A stretch of 64,000 bases of DNA from Amoebidium appalachense (lineage: Eukaryota > Protista > Ichthyosporea). Every line of letters begins with the position of its first letter. Positions within the stretch are counted from its first letter, which is position 1. Location of the stretch: NCBI GenBank assembly GCA_963693365.1, contig CAVNZM010000008.1, positions 8,002,818 to 8,066,817 of the forward strand, read 5' to 3'. Of the stretch, positions 1 to 12,231 are shown one piece after another. Made by a program: the position numbers and the translations under genes. The notes beneath the pieces were generated by a model that made no database searches, was not told where the DNA came from, and saw only the letters and a program-made list of their open reading frames with translations.

Positions 1-261
1 GTGTGTGTGTGACAATGTACGTGCCAGTGTGCTTGTACACAGATTGAAAAGGAGACTTGGGGTATATTAAATGGAGTCTCTCCCGCTACCACGGGCAAAT
101 ACATTCAATAATCATTACGGAAACTTGGTACTGTTACCGGGCAAATACAATATACATGAAAATTTGGATAAGATTGAAGCAGATCACATTCGAATAAACA
201 TTACAGAAAACTTGGTATGAAAACTTTGTACCACGTCTTTCCTCCACCACACCCATCACAA

Positions 262-316
<55 letters not shown>

Positions 317-319
<3 letters not shown>

Positions 320-552
320 TAAGTAAGATGTGAATGTGGGGCCTACCCGCCGCCACCACCACAACTACGTTTCCCCCACTGCACCCACCACAAACCCTAA
401 GTAAGATGTGAATGTGGGGCCTACCCGCCGCCACCACCACAACTACGTTTCCCCCACCGCACCCACCACAAACCCTAAGTAAGATGTGAATGTGGGGCCT
501 ACCCGCCGCCACCACCACAACTACGTTTCCCCCACCACACCCACCACAAACC
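317..552. repeat. Tandem repeat, 3 x 78 bp
   Basis: Unit ccctaagtaagatgtgaatgtggggcctacccgccgcc... starts at 317, 395 and 473. Confidence 0.9.
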
Positions 553-882
553 ATGTGTGGTCTACCCACTCAAAAGCTCCTCCTCGAACTGCTCGATGTC
601 AGCCTTGTACTTCTCTCTCAGCTTTTTCCACTGTGCATGGGACACCTGTGGGTTGATAGTTGGGTGTAAGTAGTAGTCCAGCCAGGTGATTTGTTTATGC
701 AAGGCTCAGACATCACTGTATGCCATTACCTCAAACACACCCACGCACCCACCAATACACCACCATGGCACACACCCACAGGAAACGAACTCCTACGTGT
801 GGACCAGGTCAAGAAAAACTCTGCAAGGACCCAAAAAACCGTTTTTACGAACCCCTACATGTAATTGTGAATGCTAGGGCAT

Positions 883-957
<75 letters not shown>

Positions 958-1051
958 TTTTTTTTTTTTTTTTTTTTTTTTTTTGTTTTTTTTTTTTTTT
1001 TTTTTTTTTTTTGTTGTTGTTTTTTTTTTTTTTTTTTTTTTGTTGTTGTTT

Positions 1052-1082
<31 letters not shown>

Positions 1083-2039
1083 TACCTCGAAAACGAGTTC
1101 CCTGTCAGTGTAGCCACACGTGCATGCCGGGGGGGGCTTCTTGCCAGCGACCACAAGCCAGTTGACCGTGGCAAAATTTACCGCCTCGGCCAAGCTGCTA
1201 CCAGTAGCATACCCAAAGTGGTATGCCCCAGGCAATGTGTAGATGACCTCGCCGGCCTGCTGAACCGTGTGCTGCACAGGGACACCCTTCTTCATCAAGT
1301 AACGGGGGTGGATGAACACAGACTGTCCCACCCACATGTTAGTCATATGAAAAACCGGGTGGTCGTTTTTGTAAGTGCTTTTTTGTTTTTTGTTCTTCAC
1401 GTCATTCACGTCAGTGTCTACCACTCCCTCTCTCTCTCTTCTTGTAGTCCTCTGTTGTGTGTGTGGTCGTTTTTTTTTTTTTTTTTTTTTTTTTTTGGGG
1501 GGGGGGGGGGGGGTGAGGGATTACCTTATGCTGTGTGACTTTCTTGCAGATACCGGCCCCCGAAAGGCCAAGCCTCTTGTAGATATCCTCGAGGATAGAC
1601 GTGACCTGTCCATTGTACTCTGCATGACTATATACCAGCTTTTGTCTCCGGGCCCACGGGTCATGATGTTGACACTTCCGAGCAGAACGTCTTCTGTGTG
1701 GGGCACAAACGGACCCCCAGTCGTGACACTGCAAAGAGGCATGGGATTAGTTGGGGCTAAAACAGTAATTACTTCCGACTAGATGTGGCTCCGATACATT
1801 CCGAAAAGACCGACCCATACACACACCCAGGATGGTTCTGTGAACATAAGGGGCATTTTGCAAGCCTGCTTTTTGGGGGGGGCATACTTATAGAGCATCG
1901 GTGATGAGATGCCCACACGATTCTTGAATTCTCTTGATACTATTGAGTCAACCGTCTCCAAGCTGAACATGTAGTCGATTTCTTTCCTCACCACCTGTCC
2001 CTCCTGTTAGTGCCTTCATGTTCACCATTCAACAACACA

Positions 2040-2790
2040 CAGCATGCCTACATATACCCACCACAGTGCATCAACACAACATACACTCTCCGCTGCACAC
2101 ACACGCACGCACGCATGCCTACACAACATACACTCTCCGCACAAACGCACGCACGCACGCATGCCTACACAACATACACTCTCCGCACAAACGCACGCAC
2201 GCACGCATGCCTACACAACATACACTCTCCGCACAAACACACGCACGCACGCATCCCTACACAACATACACTCTCCGCACAAACACACGCACGCACGCAT
2301 CCCTACACAACATACACTCTCCGAACAAACACACGCACGCACGCATGCCTACACAACATACACTCTCCGCACAAACACACGCACGCACGCATGCCTACAC
2401 AACATACACTCTCCGAACAAACACACGCACGCACGCATGCCTACACAACAAACACTCTCCGCACAAACACACACACGCACGCATGCCTACACAACATACA
2501 CTCTCCGCACAAACACACACACGCACGCATGCCTACACAACATACACTCTCCGCACAAACACACACACGCACGCATGCCTACACAACATACACTCTCCGC
2601 ACAAAAACACGATCCGCACAAACACACACACGCACGCATGCCTACACAACATACACTCTCCGCACAAACACACTCTCCGCACAAACACACGCACGCACGC
2701 ATGCCTACACAACATACACTCTCCGCACAAACACACGCACGCACGCATGCCTACACAACATACACTCTCCGCACAAACACACGCACACAA
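2040..2790. repeat. Intronic minisatellite, ~47-49 bp unit, ~15 copies
   Basis: Repeated gcacgcatgcctacacaacatacactctccgcacaaacacac within the 2819-1995 intron of the KDM4-like gene. Confidence 0.9.
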
Positions 2791-3349
2791 CATACAATCT
2801 CCGCCGCACACACACGTACCTCACTGGGTGTATGGGTGTTTTTAAGAGGCTTCAGATCTGTTCCGTAAAGGAACATTGATCTTTCACCGTCCGATAGGGA
2901 GTCCAACAACCTCCAAAACTCCTCCTCCCCCAACGTATCCCCCTGCCCAATCGTGTTAGCCCCTGTTCATGGTAACCACATCCTAATGGTTGCAAATACG
3001 CACCTCTGGAATTTGCCCTGTGATGTCCTCCCTATAAACGAGGAAGACGTCCTTGATGGTGGTACCCTCCACCCAAATCCGGGTGTAGGATTCTCACTCG
3101 TGTGGCCCGAGCAGCCTTTTCCAGCCCCTGCACTGCCGGCTCGGGAGGCACGAACTTGACGGCACCAGCTGCCCGAACTTCGTGTTGTTTCTCCATCGAC
3201 AAACTTATCTCCTCCAAGGAGAGCTTTTCTAGATACACTTGGCGGAGATGTTTTACGGGTACCTCGTTGAACCCCGCCACCTCCCCAGTCTCGGTGTCTT
3301 GTTGTTGCCCCCTGTCCACCTCTTCCGCTTCTTGCTCTGTGTGTGCGTG

Positions 3350-3402
3350 TGTGGGGGGGGATTAGCCGAGTGCATGCATGCGTGCAGGTGCCTTCCCGTG
3401 GT

Positions 3403-3433
<31 letters not shown>

Positions 3434-3483
3434 GGGGGGATTAGCCGAGTGCATGCATGCGTGCAGGTGCCTTCCCGTGGTGT

Positions 3484-3514
<31 letters not shown>

Positions 3515-3559
3515 GGGGGATTAGCCGAGTGCATGCATGCGTGCAGGTGCCTCCCCGTG

Positions 3560-3604
<45 letters not shown>

Positions 3605-3650
3605 GCCGAGTGCATGCATGCGTGCAGGTGCCTTCCCGTGGTGTGTGTGT

Positions 3651-3681
<31 letters not shown>

Positions 3682-3763
3682 TTAGCCGAGTGCATGCATG
3701 CGTGCAGGTGCCTGGGGGGGGGGATTAGCCGAGTGCATGCATGCGTGCAGGTGCCTTCCCGTG

Positions 3764-3794
<31 letters not shown>

Positions 3795-3846
3795 GGGGGG
3801 GGGGATTAGCCGAGTGCATGCATGCGTGCAGGTGCCTTCCCGTGGT

Positions 3847-3892
<46 letters not shown>

Positions 3893-3986
3893 TTAGCCGA
3901 GTGCATGCATGCGTGCAGGTGCCTGGGGGGGGGGATTAGCCGAGTGCATGCATGCGTGCAGGTGCCTTCCCGTGGTGTGTGTGTGT

Positions 3987-4017
<31 letters not shown>

Positions 4018-4099
4018 TTAGCCGAGTGCATGCATGAGTGCAGGTGCCTGGGGGGGGGGATTAGCCGAGTGCATGCATGCGTGCAGGTGCCTTCCCGTG

Positions 4100-4130
<31 letters not shown>

Positions 4131-4470
4131 GGGGGGGGGATTAGCCGAGTGCATGCATGCGTGCAGGTGCCTGGGGGGGGGATTAGCCGAGTGCATGCAT
4201 GCGTGCAGGTGCCTTCCCGTGGTGTGTGTGTGTGGGGGGGGGGGGGGGGGGGGGGGGGGATTAGCCGAGTGCATGCATGCGTGCAGGTGCCTGGGGGGGG
4301 GGGGATTAGCCGAGTGCATGCATGCGTGCAGGTGCCTTCCCGTGGTGTGTGTGTGTGGGGGGGGGGGGGGGGGGGGGGGGGGGGATTAGCCGAGTGCATG
4401 CATGCGTGCAGGTGCCTGGGGGGGGGGGATTAGCCGAGTGCATGCATGCGTGCAGGTGCCTTCCCGTGGT

Positions 4471-4501
<31 letters not shown>

Positions 4502-4622
4502 GGATTAGCCGAGTGCATGCATGCGTGCAGGTGCCTTCCCGTGGTGTGTGTGTGTGGGGGGGGGGGGGGGGGGGGGGGGGGGATTAGCCGAGTGCATGCA
4601 TGCGTGCAGGTGCCTTCCCGTG

Positions 4623-4653
<31 letters not shown>

Positions 4654-4832
4654 GGGGGGATTAGCCGAGTGCATGCATGCGTGCAGGTGCCTGGGGGGGG
4701 GGATTAGCCGAGTGCATGCATGCGTGCAGGTGCCTGGGGGGGGGATTAGCCGAGTGCATGCATGCGTGCAGGTGCCTGGGGGGGGGGGATTAGCCGAGTG
4801 CATGCATGCGTGCAGGTGCCTTCCCGTGGTGT

Positions 4833-4863
<31 letters not shown>

Positions 4864-4911
4864 GGGGGGATTAGCCGAGTGCATGCATGCGTGCAGGTGC
4901 CTTCCCGTGGT

Positions 4912-4966
<55 letters not shown>

Positions 4967-5007
4967 TTAGCCGAGTGCATGCATGCGTGCAGGTGCCTTC
5001 CCGTGGT

Positions 5008-5038
<31 letters not shown>

Positions 5039-5252
5039 GGGGGGGGGGATTAGCCGAGTGCATGCATGCGTGCAGGTGCCTGGGGGGGGGGGATTAGCCG
5101 AGTGCATGCATGCGTGCAGGTGCCTTCCCGTGGTGTGTGTGTGTGGGGGGGGGGGGGGGGGGGGGGGGATTAGCCGAGTGCATGCATGCGTGCAGGTGCC
5201 TGGGGGGGGGGGATTAGCCGAGTGCATGCATGCGTGCAGGTGCCTTCCCGTG

Positions 5253-5283
<31 letters not shown>

Positions 5284-5374
5284 GGGGGGGATTAGCCGAG
5301 TGCATGCATGCGTGCAGGTGCCTGGGGGGGGGGGATTAGCCGAGTGCATGCATGCGTGCAGGTGCCTTCCCGTG

Positions 5375-5405
<31 letters not shown>

Positions 5406-5542
5406 GGGGGGATTAGCCGAGTGCATGCATGCGTGCAGGTGCCTTCCCGTGGTGTGTGTGTGTGGGGGGGGGGGGGGGGGGGGGGGGGATTAGCCGAGTG
5501 CATGCATGCGTGCAGGTGCCTTCCCGTGGTGTGTGTGCGTGT

Positions 5543-5574
<32 letters not shown>

Positions 5575-5743
5575 TTAGCCGAGTGCATGCATGCGTGCAG
5601 GTGCCTGGGGGGGGGGGATTAGCCGAGTGCATGCATGCGTGCAGGTGCCTGGGGGGGGGGATTAGCCGAGTGCATGCATGCGTGCAGGTGCCTGGGGGGG
5701 GGGATTAGCCGAGTGCATGCATGCGTGCAGGTGCCTTCCCGTG

Positions 5744-5774
<31 letters not shown>

Positions 5775-5831
5775 GGGGGATTAGCCGAGTGCATGCATGC
5801 GTGCAGGTGCCTTCCCGTGGTGTGTGTGTGT

Positions 5832-5868
<37 letters not shown>

Positions 5869-6037
5869 TTAGCCGAGTGCATGCATGCGTGCAGGTGCCT
5901 GGGGGGGGGGGATTAGCCGAGTGCATGCATGCGTGCAGGTGCCTGGGGGGGGGGGATTAGCCGAGTGCATGCATGCGTGCAGGTGCCTGGGGGGGGGATT
6001 AGCCGAGTGCATGCATGCGTGCAGGTGCCTTCCCGTG

Positions 6038-6103
<66 letters not shown>

Positions 6104-6144
6104 TTAGCCGAGTGCATGCATGAGTGCAGGTGCCTTCCCGTGGT

Positions 6145-6175
<31 letters not shown>

Positions 6176-6221
6176 GGGGGGATTAGCCGAGTGCATGCAT
6201 GCGTGCAGGTGCCTTCCCGTG

Positions 6222-6252
<31 letters not shown>

Positions 6253-6301
6253 GTGGGGGGGATTAGCCGAGTGCATGCATGCGTGCAGGTGCCTTCCCGT
6301 G

Positions 6302-6346
<45 letters not shown>

Positions 6347-6385
6347 TTAGCCGAGTGCATGCATGCGTGCAGGTGCCTTCACGTG

Positions 6386-6416
<31 letters not shown>

Positions 6417-6675
6417 GGGGGGGGGGGATTAGCCGAGTGCATGCATGCGTGCAGGTGCCTTCCCGTGGTGTGTTGGTGTGTGGGGGGGGGGGGGGGGGGG
6501 GGGGATTAGCCGAGTGCATGCATGCGTGCAGGTGCCTTCCCGTGGTGTGTGTGTGTGTGGGGGGGGGGGGGGGTGGGGGGATTAGCCGAGTGCATGCATG
6601 CGTGCAGGTGCCTGGGGGGGGGGGGGGGGGGATTAGCCGAGTGCATGCATGCGTGCAGGTGCCTTCCCGTGGTGT

Positions 6676-6706
<31 letters not shown>

Positions 6707-6750
6707 GGGGGGATTAGCCGAGTGCATGCATGCGTGCAGGTGCCTTCCCG
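3350..6750. repeat. Large intronic tandem array: invariant core gattagccgagtgcatgcatgcgtgcaggtgcct plus variable (GT)n/poly-G, in long and short unit variants
   Basis: Dozens of near-identical cores. Long units add tcccgtgg(tg)n; short units go straight to poly-G. Confidence 0.95.
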
Positions 6751-8550
6751 TCTCCTTTTTCTGTTCTTCCTTGTGTGGTGGTGATGGGGTGTGTGTATTG
6801 GGGGGTGTACCCGGGTTCGGAAAATCATAACCAATGTGCCCTTCCTCGTCCCACCCAACAGCACCAGTGTCTTCCTCGTCTTCCCCTTCTCCTTTTTCTT
6901 GTTCTTCTTCTTCTGTGTGTGGTGGTTGTGTGTGTGTGTGGGAGAGGGGGGATTACTTCTTCTGTGTGTGGTGGTTGTGTGTGTGTGTGGGAGAGGGGGG
7001 ATTACTTCTTCTGTGTGTGGTGGTTGTGTGTGTGTGTGGGAGAGGGGGGATTACTTCTTCTGTGTGTGGTGGTTGTGTGTGTGTGTGGGAGAGGGGGGAT
7101 TACTTCTTCTGACAGTGTGTGGTGGTTGTGTGTGTGTGTGGGAGAGGGGGGATTACTTCTTCTGTGTGTGGTGGTTGTGTGTGTGTGTGGGAGAGGGGGG
7201 ATTACTTCTTCTGTGTGTGGTGGTTGTGTGTGTGTATGTGGGAGAGGGGGGATTACTTCTTCTGTGTGTGGTGGTTGTGTGTGTGTGTGGGAGAGGGGGG
7301 ATTACTTCTTCTGTGTGTGGTGGTTGTGTGTGTGTGTGGGAGAGGGGGGATTACTTCTTCTGTGTGTGGTGGTTGTGTGTGTGTATGTGGGAGAGAGGGG
7401 ATAAGCCGAGGTGCATGCATGCGTGCAGGTGTGCGATGGCTTCAATGTGTGGGTGCTTGGGTGGTTGGTTGTGTGTGCCGAGGTGCATGCATGCGTGCAG
7501 GTGTGCGATGGTTTCAATGTGTGGGTGCTTGGGTGGTTGGTTGTGTGTGCCGAGGTGCATGCATGCGTGCAGGTGCCTTCCCGTGGTGTGTGTGTGGGGG
7601 GGGGGGGGGGGGGATAGCCGAGTGCATGCATGCGTGCAGGTGCCTTCCCGTGGTGTGTGTGTGGGGGGGGGGGGGGGGGGATAGCCGAGTGCATGCATGC
7701 GTGCAGGTGCCTTCCCGTGGTGTGTGTGTGGGGGGGGGGGGGGGGGGGGGGGATAGCCGAGTGCATGCATGCGTGCAGGTGCCTTCCCGTGGTGTGTGTG
7801 TGGGGGGTGGGGGGGGGGGGATAGCCGAGTGCATGCATGCGTGCAGGTGCCTTCCCGTCTCCTTTTTCTGTTCTTCCTTGTGTGGTGGTGATGGGGTGTG
7901 TGTATGGGGGGGGGGGTACCCGGATTCGAAAAATCATAACCAATGTGCCCTTCCTCGTCCCACCCAACAGCACCAGTGTCTTCCTCGTCTTCCCCTTCTC
8001 CTTTTTCTTGTTCTTCTTCTTCTGTGTGTGGTGGTTGTGTGTGTGTGTGGGAGAGGGGGGATTACTTCTTCTGTGTGTGGTGGTTGTGTGTGTGTGTGGG
8101 AGAGGGGGGATTACTTCTTCTGTGTGTGGTGGTTGTGTGTGTGTATGTGGGAGAGGGGGGATTACTTCTTCTGTGTGTGGTGGTTGTGTGTGTGTATGTG
8201 GGAGAGAGGGGATAAGCCGAGGTGCATGCATGCGTGCAGGTGTGCGATGGCTTCAATGTGTGGGTGCTTGGGTGGTTGGTTGTGTGTGCCGAGGTGCATG
8301 CATGCGTGCAGGTGTGCGATGGCTTCAATGTGTGGGTGCTTGGGTGGTTGGTTGTGTGTGCCGAGGTGCATGCATGCGTGCAGGTGTGCGATGGCTTCAA
8401 TGTGTGGGTGCTTGGGTGGTTGGTTGTGTGTGCCGAGGTGCATGCATGCGTGCAGGTGTGCGATGGCTTCAATGTGTGGGTGCTTGGGTGGTTGGTTGTG
8501 TGTGCCGAGGTGCATGCATGCGTGCAGGTGCCTTCCCGTGGTGTGTGTGT

Positions 8551-8580
<30 letters not shown>
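6712..8580. repeat. ~1.1-kb segmental duplication containing an exon and nested 49-bp and 71-bp tandem arrays
   Basis: The block cccgtctcctttttctgttcttcc...aatcataaccaatgtgcccttcc... occurs at ~6747 and ~7854. 49-bp units lie at 6913-7400 and 8023-8215. 71-bp units (gccgaggtgcatgcatgcgtgcaggtgtgcgatgg...) lie at 7405-7550 and 8216-8500. Confidence 0.9.
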
Positions 8581-8582
<2 letters not shown>

Positions 8583-9427
8583 TACCCGGCTGGAAACCCC
8601 ACGACTCTCCCCCTTCTCCTTTCCACTCCTCGTACTCTCTTTCCCTTCCCGACTCTCCCCCTCCCTCTCCATCCCTCCCCCCTTCTTTCTCTCCCTCCCC
8701 CCCCTCTTTCTCTCCCCCTCCACTCTCCCCCCCTTCTCCCCTCTTTCTCTCCCCCTCCACTCTCCCCCTTCTCCCTCTTCTCCCCCCTCTCCTTCTTCAT
8801 CACTCTCATGGACCTCCACTCTTGCCCGCTTTTTCGGGTGGTCCGGCAGTTTGACAGCAGGACTGCCTGGAGGGCTGTGTGCAGCCCCATCCCACTGCAC
8901 TTTCCAGTTGAATTCTTTGAATAACCAGGAAATTTGGGCCTCCCCCGGCAAAGAACCCGTCACGTCAGGTATGTGACTAAAGTCGTCGCTGCCAGGGTAA
9001 ATGGAAAGTCGACTGAGCATGACCGCCAAACCATCCGAGTTTCCATGATAGTTTCCAAGATCATAAACTCTCCACTGAGGGCCGCCCCATTTCAGAATCC
9101 ACGCTATAGTCGCATGGATACCCTTGTTGTTTGGGAGTTCTTGCAATCGATGACCCTTCCTGTGCCAAAGACGCCCGTCGTTGAGTTCAAACAAGAAGAC
9201 CGAAACGCCATCTGAATTGCTGGGTTGCACCACGTGTATTATTGGCGCCATCTTCTTTTTCTGATGATGACGATAAAGACACTGTCGCGTGAGTAGCCCT
9301 CTACCCGTGAATATGATTGTAGGGTCGGCATGTTTCGAGAACTCGAATGTCGGTGGGTTGGTTTGTATGTTGCTCTGGAACACATTATCGATGAGCGCTA
9401 GAAACTGTTCGTCGGTGGCAGCCATGT

Positions 9428-9484
<57 letters not shown>

Positions 9485-9489
9485 GTGTG

Positions 9490-9579
9490 TGTGAACTACC
9501 AGCGCTGGTGCCAGAGCTCGTGTGTGTGGCGCTATGTTATGTTCCCGTGTCTAGTCTGCAATTTGTATGTTTAAGGATG

Positions 9580-9635
<56 letters not shown>

Positions 9636-9952
9636 TGTGTGAACTACCAGCGCTGGTGCCAGAGCTCGTGTGTGTGGCGCTATGTTATGTTCCCGTGTCT
9701 AGTCTGCAATTTGTATGTTTAAAATGGGTGTGTGTGTGTGTGTGTGTGTGTGTGAACTACCAGCGCTGGTGCCAGAGCTCGTGTGTGTGGCGCTATGTTA
9801 TGTTCCCGTGTCTAGTCTGCAATTTGTATGTTTAAAATGGGGTGTGTGTGTGTGTGTGTGTGTGTGTGAACTACCAGCGCTGGTGCCAGAGCTCGTGTGT
9901 GTGGCGCTATGTTATGTTCCCGTGTCTAGTCTGCAATTTGTATGTTTAAAAT

Positions 9953-9989
<37 letters not shown>

Positions 9990-10270
9990 CTACCAGCGCT
10001 GGTGCCAGAGCTCGTGTGTGTGGCGCTATGTTATGTTCCCGTGTCTAGTCTGCAATTTGTATGTTTAAAATGGGTGTGTGTGTGTGTGTGTGTGTGTGTG
10101 AACTACCAGCGCTGGTGCCAGAGCTCGTGTGTGTGGCGCTATGTTATGTTCCCGTGTCTAGTCTGCAATTTGTATGTTTAAAATGGGGTGTGTGTGTGTG
10201 TGTGTGTGCGTGTGTGTGGCGCTATGTTATGTTCCCGTGTCTAGTCTGCAATGTGTATGTTTAAAATGGG
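9490..10270. repeat. Tandem array, ~115 bp unit, 6 copies plus a partial
   Basis: gaactaccagcgctggtgccagagctc...gtctagtctgcaatttgtatgtttaa followed by (GT)n, immediately upstream of the KDM4-like start codon. Confidence 0.9.
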
Positions 10271-10469
10271 TCGGGAAAACGTGAAGGAATTAGACCTGTC
10301 TGTATTGACTGAAAAGGGGCAGCTGAAAGCGTGATTTGCACAGATTAACAGGTCTGTGTTCTCGTTAGTTTTTTTTGTTTGTTTTTTTTGTTTGTTATGA
10401 CTCTGTCCTGTCACAACGAATGTTACACGAACTGATCAGTGTGGCGCACTTCAACTAAATCACGTCATT

Positions 10470-11320
10470 GAAATGATGGCTGGCCAATCAATCGTTATCT
10501 AGTTTGGCCAATGGAATGTGTGCTTGGCGCGTGTACGTGATACTATTGGCAACTTAAAATCGTTTCACCGACCCGTGGTTCATCCGAAACCCTTCCGCGA
10601 AGCGAAAATTGTGGGCTGATTAATATTATAACTTAGCTGCAATAAATATAAGATACCCCAAGATGATTTATTTATACACTTTTCTATACAAAAATATGCT
10701 TAGAAATTTGTGTGGAAAGCGTTTTGTCAAACCAATCCCCCAGTGCCCGATCGCGTTGATCCAACCTCTATCCACCAATCACCGAATTAATCGTGTGCAC
10801 CCCCAAGATGATTTATTTATACACTTTTCTATACAAAAATATGCTTAGAAATTTGTGTGGAAAGCGTTTTGTCAAACCAATCTCCGAGAAGCCTTGAGGG
10901 TTCATCGTATTAAATGGCTAATCATGGCCGACACACGTTTGCCAAAAATACCAGTGCCCGATCGCGTTGATCCAAACCTCTATCCACCAATCACCGAATT
11001 AATCGTGTGCACATCACACATAAACGTGATAACTGACTTATCAGTCACTTTATATTAATAGTAGTACCGACCCTCACTCACCAGGACCCTTTCGTGAAGC
11101 AAGTAATTTTGTTATATACCCCAATATAAAATTTCCAAACAAAACAAAATAAATTTATACACTTTTAATACAAACATTTGCCTGAAACTGCGTTTTGAAA
11201 GCGTTATATTAATCCGGTCCGTTAAGAGTCATGGCGCGCTTGGCCAATCAGATTGTGCCATACAGACATTCGCGCTTTCACGTGGATCCAATACTTATAC
11301 ACCAATCAGAAGTGTTCGGA
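10470..11320. promoter_or_regulatory. Putative bidirectional promoter region with multiple CCAAT boxes and internal duplications
   Basis: AT-rich region between divergent genes (9425 -, 12232 +). ggccaatca, ggccaatgg and accaatca occur at ~10483, 10506, 10774, 10986, 11242 and 11300. The 10657-10735 block is repeated at 10802-10880. Confidence 0.4.
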
Positions 11321-11369
11321 AAAAAAGGGTCCCGCGCTGGATACAAATGGCTTGGTGTGTGTGTGTGTG

Positions 11370-11815
11370 TGTTTCATTTTGCATTGTGTAAGAGGCACTT
11401 TTTTTTTTTGTTCACACTGCTTTACTTCGTGTAAATAATCAGTGACGAGTTTTTTTAATTCACGGTGTGTTTGCGCATCATAGAATTTTGCTTTATTTTG
11501 CACTGTGTAAAAGGGACGTTTTTTTTTTGGGTCACACTGCTTTGCTTCGTAAAAATAAGAGGGTCGTTTTTTTTTTTTTTTTTTTTGGTTCACACTGCTT
11601 TGCACGGGTTTTTTTTAGTTCACGGTGTGTTTGCGCATCATAGAATTTTGCTTTATTTTGCATTGTGTAAAAGGGACGTTTTTTTGGGTCACACTGCTTT
11701 GCTTCATAAAAATAAGAGGGACGTTTTTTTTTTGGTTCACACTGCTTTGCACGGGTTTTTTTTAGTTCACGGTGTGTTTGCGCATGATAGAATTTTGCTT
11801 CACTTTGCTTCTTGT
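11370..11815. repeat. Degenerate tandem repeat, ~170 bp unit
   Basis: Recurring ttcacggtgtgtttgcgcat.atagaattttgctt and cacactgctttgc blocks. Confidence 0.8.
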
Positions 11816-11847
11816 GACAATAATCATGAATCCTTTCAATATTCCCC

Positions 11848-12205
11848 ACCGACCCCAACACCGACCCCGCCGACCCCGCCGACCCCAACAAACCCCCCGC
11901 CGACCCCAACACCGACCCCGCCGACCCCGCCGACCCCGCCGACCCCAACACCGACCCCACCGACCCCGCCGACCCCAACAAACCCCCCGCTGACCCCAAC
12001 ACCGACCCCGCCGACCCCGCCGACCCCAACACCGACCCCGCCGACCCCGCCGACCCCAACACCGACCCCGCCGACCCCAACAAACCCCCCGCCGACCCCA
12101 ACACCGACCCTACCAACAAACCCCCCGCCGACCCCAACACCGACCCTACCAACAAACCCCCCGCCGACCCCAACAAACCCCCCGCCGACCCCGCCAACCC
12201 CAACA
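11848..12205. repeat. Minisatellite built from ccgacccc(g/aaca) units
   Basis: Directly visible; lies just upstream of the 12232 ATG. Confidence 0.9.
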
Positions 12206-12231
12206 ATCCACCCACCATCGACCTAAAGTTT

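Larger units (their letters stand above)
562..9425 (-). pseudogene. Divergent KDM4-like (JmjN+JmjC) histone lysine demethylase with a long unknown N-terminal extension; about 3 frameshifts (pseudogene or assembly indels)
   Basis: Phase-compatible GT-AG exons: ~9425-8586, 8022-7942 (duplicated at 6912-6832), 3336-3004, 2942-2820, 1994-1888, 1728-1525, 1322-1086, 645-562. JmjN-like 'EVRAAGAVKFVPP'. JmjC motifs 'EEEFW..FLYGTD', 'GISSPMLY', 'PHTED..SVN..DKSWY', 'CKKVTQHK', 'VQQAGEVIYTLPGAYHFG..AEAVNFAT' and 'CTC'. The C..H..CxC zinc site is typical of KDM4. Frame changes are needed near 8760 (G-rich), ~3092 and ~1626. Confidence 0.85.

Noticed and set aside
3350-6750. CRISPR-like appearance (constant ~34-bp core with variable intervals)
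   Set aside because: The intervals are only (GT)n/poly-G rather than unique spacers; the array is in a eukaryotic intron and no cas genes are present.
10500-11066. Non-autonomous Helitron (minus-strand start resembling tactattaatataaag)
   Set aside because: No convincing TC 5' end or 3' hairpin plus CTRR could be placed.
11465-12226. Pro/Thr-rich 253-aa ORF
   Set aside because: It is entirely composed of two tandem-repeat arrays and open only because of their composition.
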